Origin: Octopus vulgaris
Taxonomy: Eukaryota
Assembly (NCBI GenBank): GCA_951406725.2
Contig: OX597826.1
Coordinates: 39,990,001-40,054,000 of the forward strand
Length of the DNA stretch: 64,000 bases
Direction of reading: 5' to 3'
Positions 62,340 to 64,000 of this stretch are shown here, one piece after another. A model generated the notes under the pieces. It was not told where the DNA came from and did not search any database. It saw nothing but the letters and a program-made list of their open reading frames with translations. A program made the translations under genes and the position numbers. Position 1 is the stretch's first letter; every line of letters starts with the position of its first letter.

Positions 62340-64000
62340 GTAACAATTTAGCTGAAAATACATGCTATACTATACAAACAGAAGACCAAAACCTTGTGGT
62401 CACTTTATAAAAGATCTGTGATGATATGTTTCAACAAGTCCACTACCTGAATTTGAATATCGAGCCATGCAACACCGATATAAGTAAAGAGCTCAATAAA
62501 TTACAACTAAAATCAGTGAACGAAATAGGAACCAAATAGCTAGAGACCACACATTCTAGAGGAATGGAAACAACCTACGAAACCATTAACCTTTTGATAA
62601 ATGTCTCAGCTATTACTTTACTAGGGAACGGCAAAAATATGATAGCACTCAATCCAGATTCAAGCAGAAAAACTGAATCAGCATAGTGCGTAACTTAAAA
62701 AATAAAGTTTTACTCTTTCGAAATAGTATAGTGGCCAATGAAACAGATCCAGAATTATTTCACATCTTTTCTTTGTTGACGAACTGAAACTATATAGGCG
62801 CCATATCAACCTCATAATAAACAATAACACCTCATTACCCAATTTTCAACAAACATTGGAATGAAATTCAGTGAGTTCAAATTTACATTTTTATCAATGA
62901 AACATGTACAAATTGTGCCCATCTCTAAAACTTTAAAAATGAACGGCTTGACAATACAACTTCTTCAGTCAGGTAACAATTATAGGTATACTGGACAAAA
63001 TGAGAATGTCAGGTATGATGTACCCATAATGAGGGGAACAGGAAATATAGCCCAGGCTATTAAAGAGAATATGGTCATTAGATACTTCCCATAGCACGTT
63101 TACAGTGCCTATTCTCACACCTACGTTTGGCCTTCTGAACTGGTCACTACAGGAAATCAATGACATAGATATTAGAACTCGTAGGCTTCTCAGTGATACA
63201 AGAAACTTCAACATAATTCGTGGTTTAGACAGGCTATACTTCTTATGAAAGCATGTTGGTCGTGGTCTCCAGTCTGCATTGACTTCTTACATGAAGCATG
63301 GATTGTTACACTGGGACAATATCTGCAGCTGAGGGAAGAAACCAGTAACTATCTTGCCCAAGTTTATGACTACGAAATCAACAACATAAATGCGATAGTT
63401 AATGAACTTGAGGTGAGGAATTAAATAAGATCTGATAGAGATCTCTCTCAAAAGAGCATTAATAAGACGTATTTATCAGAAGAAAATTTTAAAAGTGGGC
63501 CCAATTACTGAAAAGATAGTACATATGTAGTTGACATGAAAATCCCAAACCGTAGAAGGCATTGATAATTTCAAATGTGTGGCATGGAGTACCGATGAGT
63601 TTATAACATCCCACTTCGAAGGCTACCTGCATGCAATTCAAGAGATCCCCAACAAGAAACTACAGCATAAAATGTAGGCGGTGCAAGACGCACGACCAAG
63701 ACTGGAGACATTAATCACATTATTGCTAAGTGTGAGAGAATGCCTTCTGAATATCATCTTCTCATGAGGCGCAATGATATGGAATAGTCTGGAACAGGAT
63801 AACAAAACAGAAAACATCTACAGATGAAGCTGACGATATTGAGAGTAATGCTAGAATTTTAAAATTAAAACAGCCACCAAGTTAAAACAAGCATCTAGAT
63901 ATTTTTGTGTGGGACTACACGGAAATGATACGCTACGTCGTGAAAAAAGCTGCACTCTGGACACCAATGAGGTTCGAAAAATGGAAGAGAAAGAAGACAT
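62340..64000 (+). mobile_element. Decayed RLE-type non-LTR retrotransposon (RT to endonuclease), running off the window
   Basis: NYRYTG, FTVPILTPTFGLLNW.LQEINDIDIRTRRLL, DRLY..VGRGL, FEGYLHAIQE, DINHIIAKC and DIFVWD. Confidence 0.8.

Overview
AT-rich eukaryotic non-coding DNA, most likely from an octopus (coleoid cephalopod); I recognise this from the tRNA-derived SINE families and the extreme (TA)n/(TAA)n/(CA)n/(TAGA)n density. No confidently identifiable host gene is present; there is one candidate terminal exon at about 57.6-57.75 kb (-). Most ORFs in the supplied track are microsatellite artefacts or transposon relics. Relics include a Tigger/pogo transposase, mariner and hAT fragments, an L1/Tx1-like LINE, four RLE-type (R4/Dong-like) non-LTR elements (one with an uninterrupted RT-CCHC-RLE frame inserted in a (TAA)n array), three Gypsy-type relics, several SINE families, and about nine Penelope-like element (PLE) RT/GIY-YIG fragments. 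The main unexplained structure is a series of at least seven fold-back (inverted-repeat) units of 0.3-2.5 kb, mostly beside (TA)n tracts. Several carry minimal type-I hammerhead ribozyme motifs, sometimes one on each strand, and two unrelated families have a non-canonical CCGAYGA core. One 1.76-kb fold-back has duplicated and inverted about 0.6 kb of flanking DNA around a ribozyme-bearing terminal repeat. All alignments and translations were done by eye, so boundaries are approximate unless motifs are quoted.
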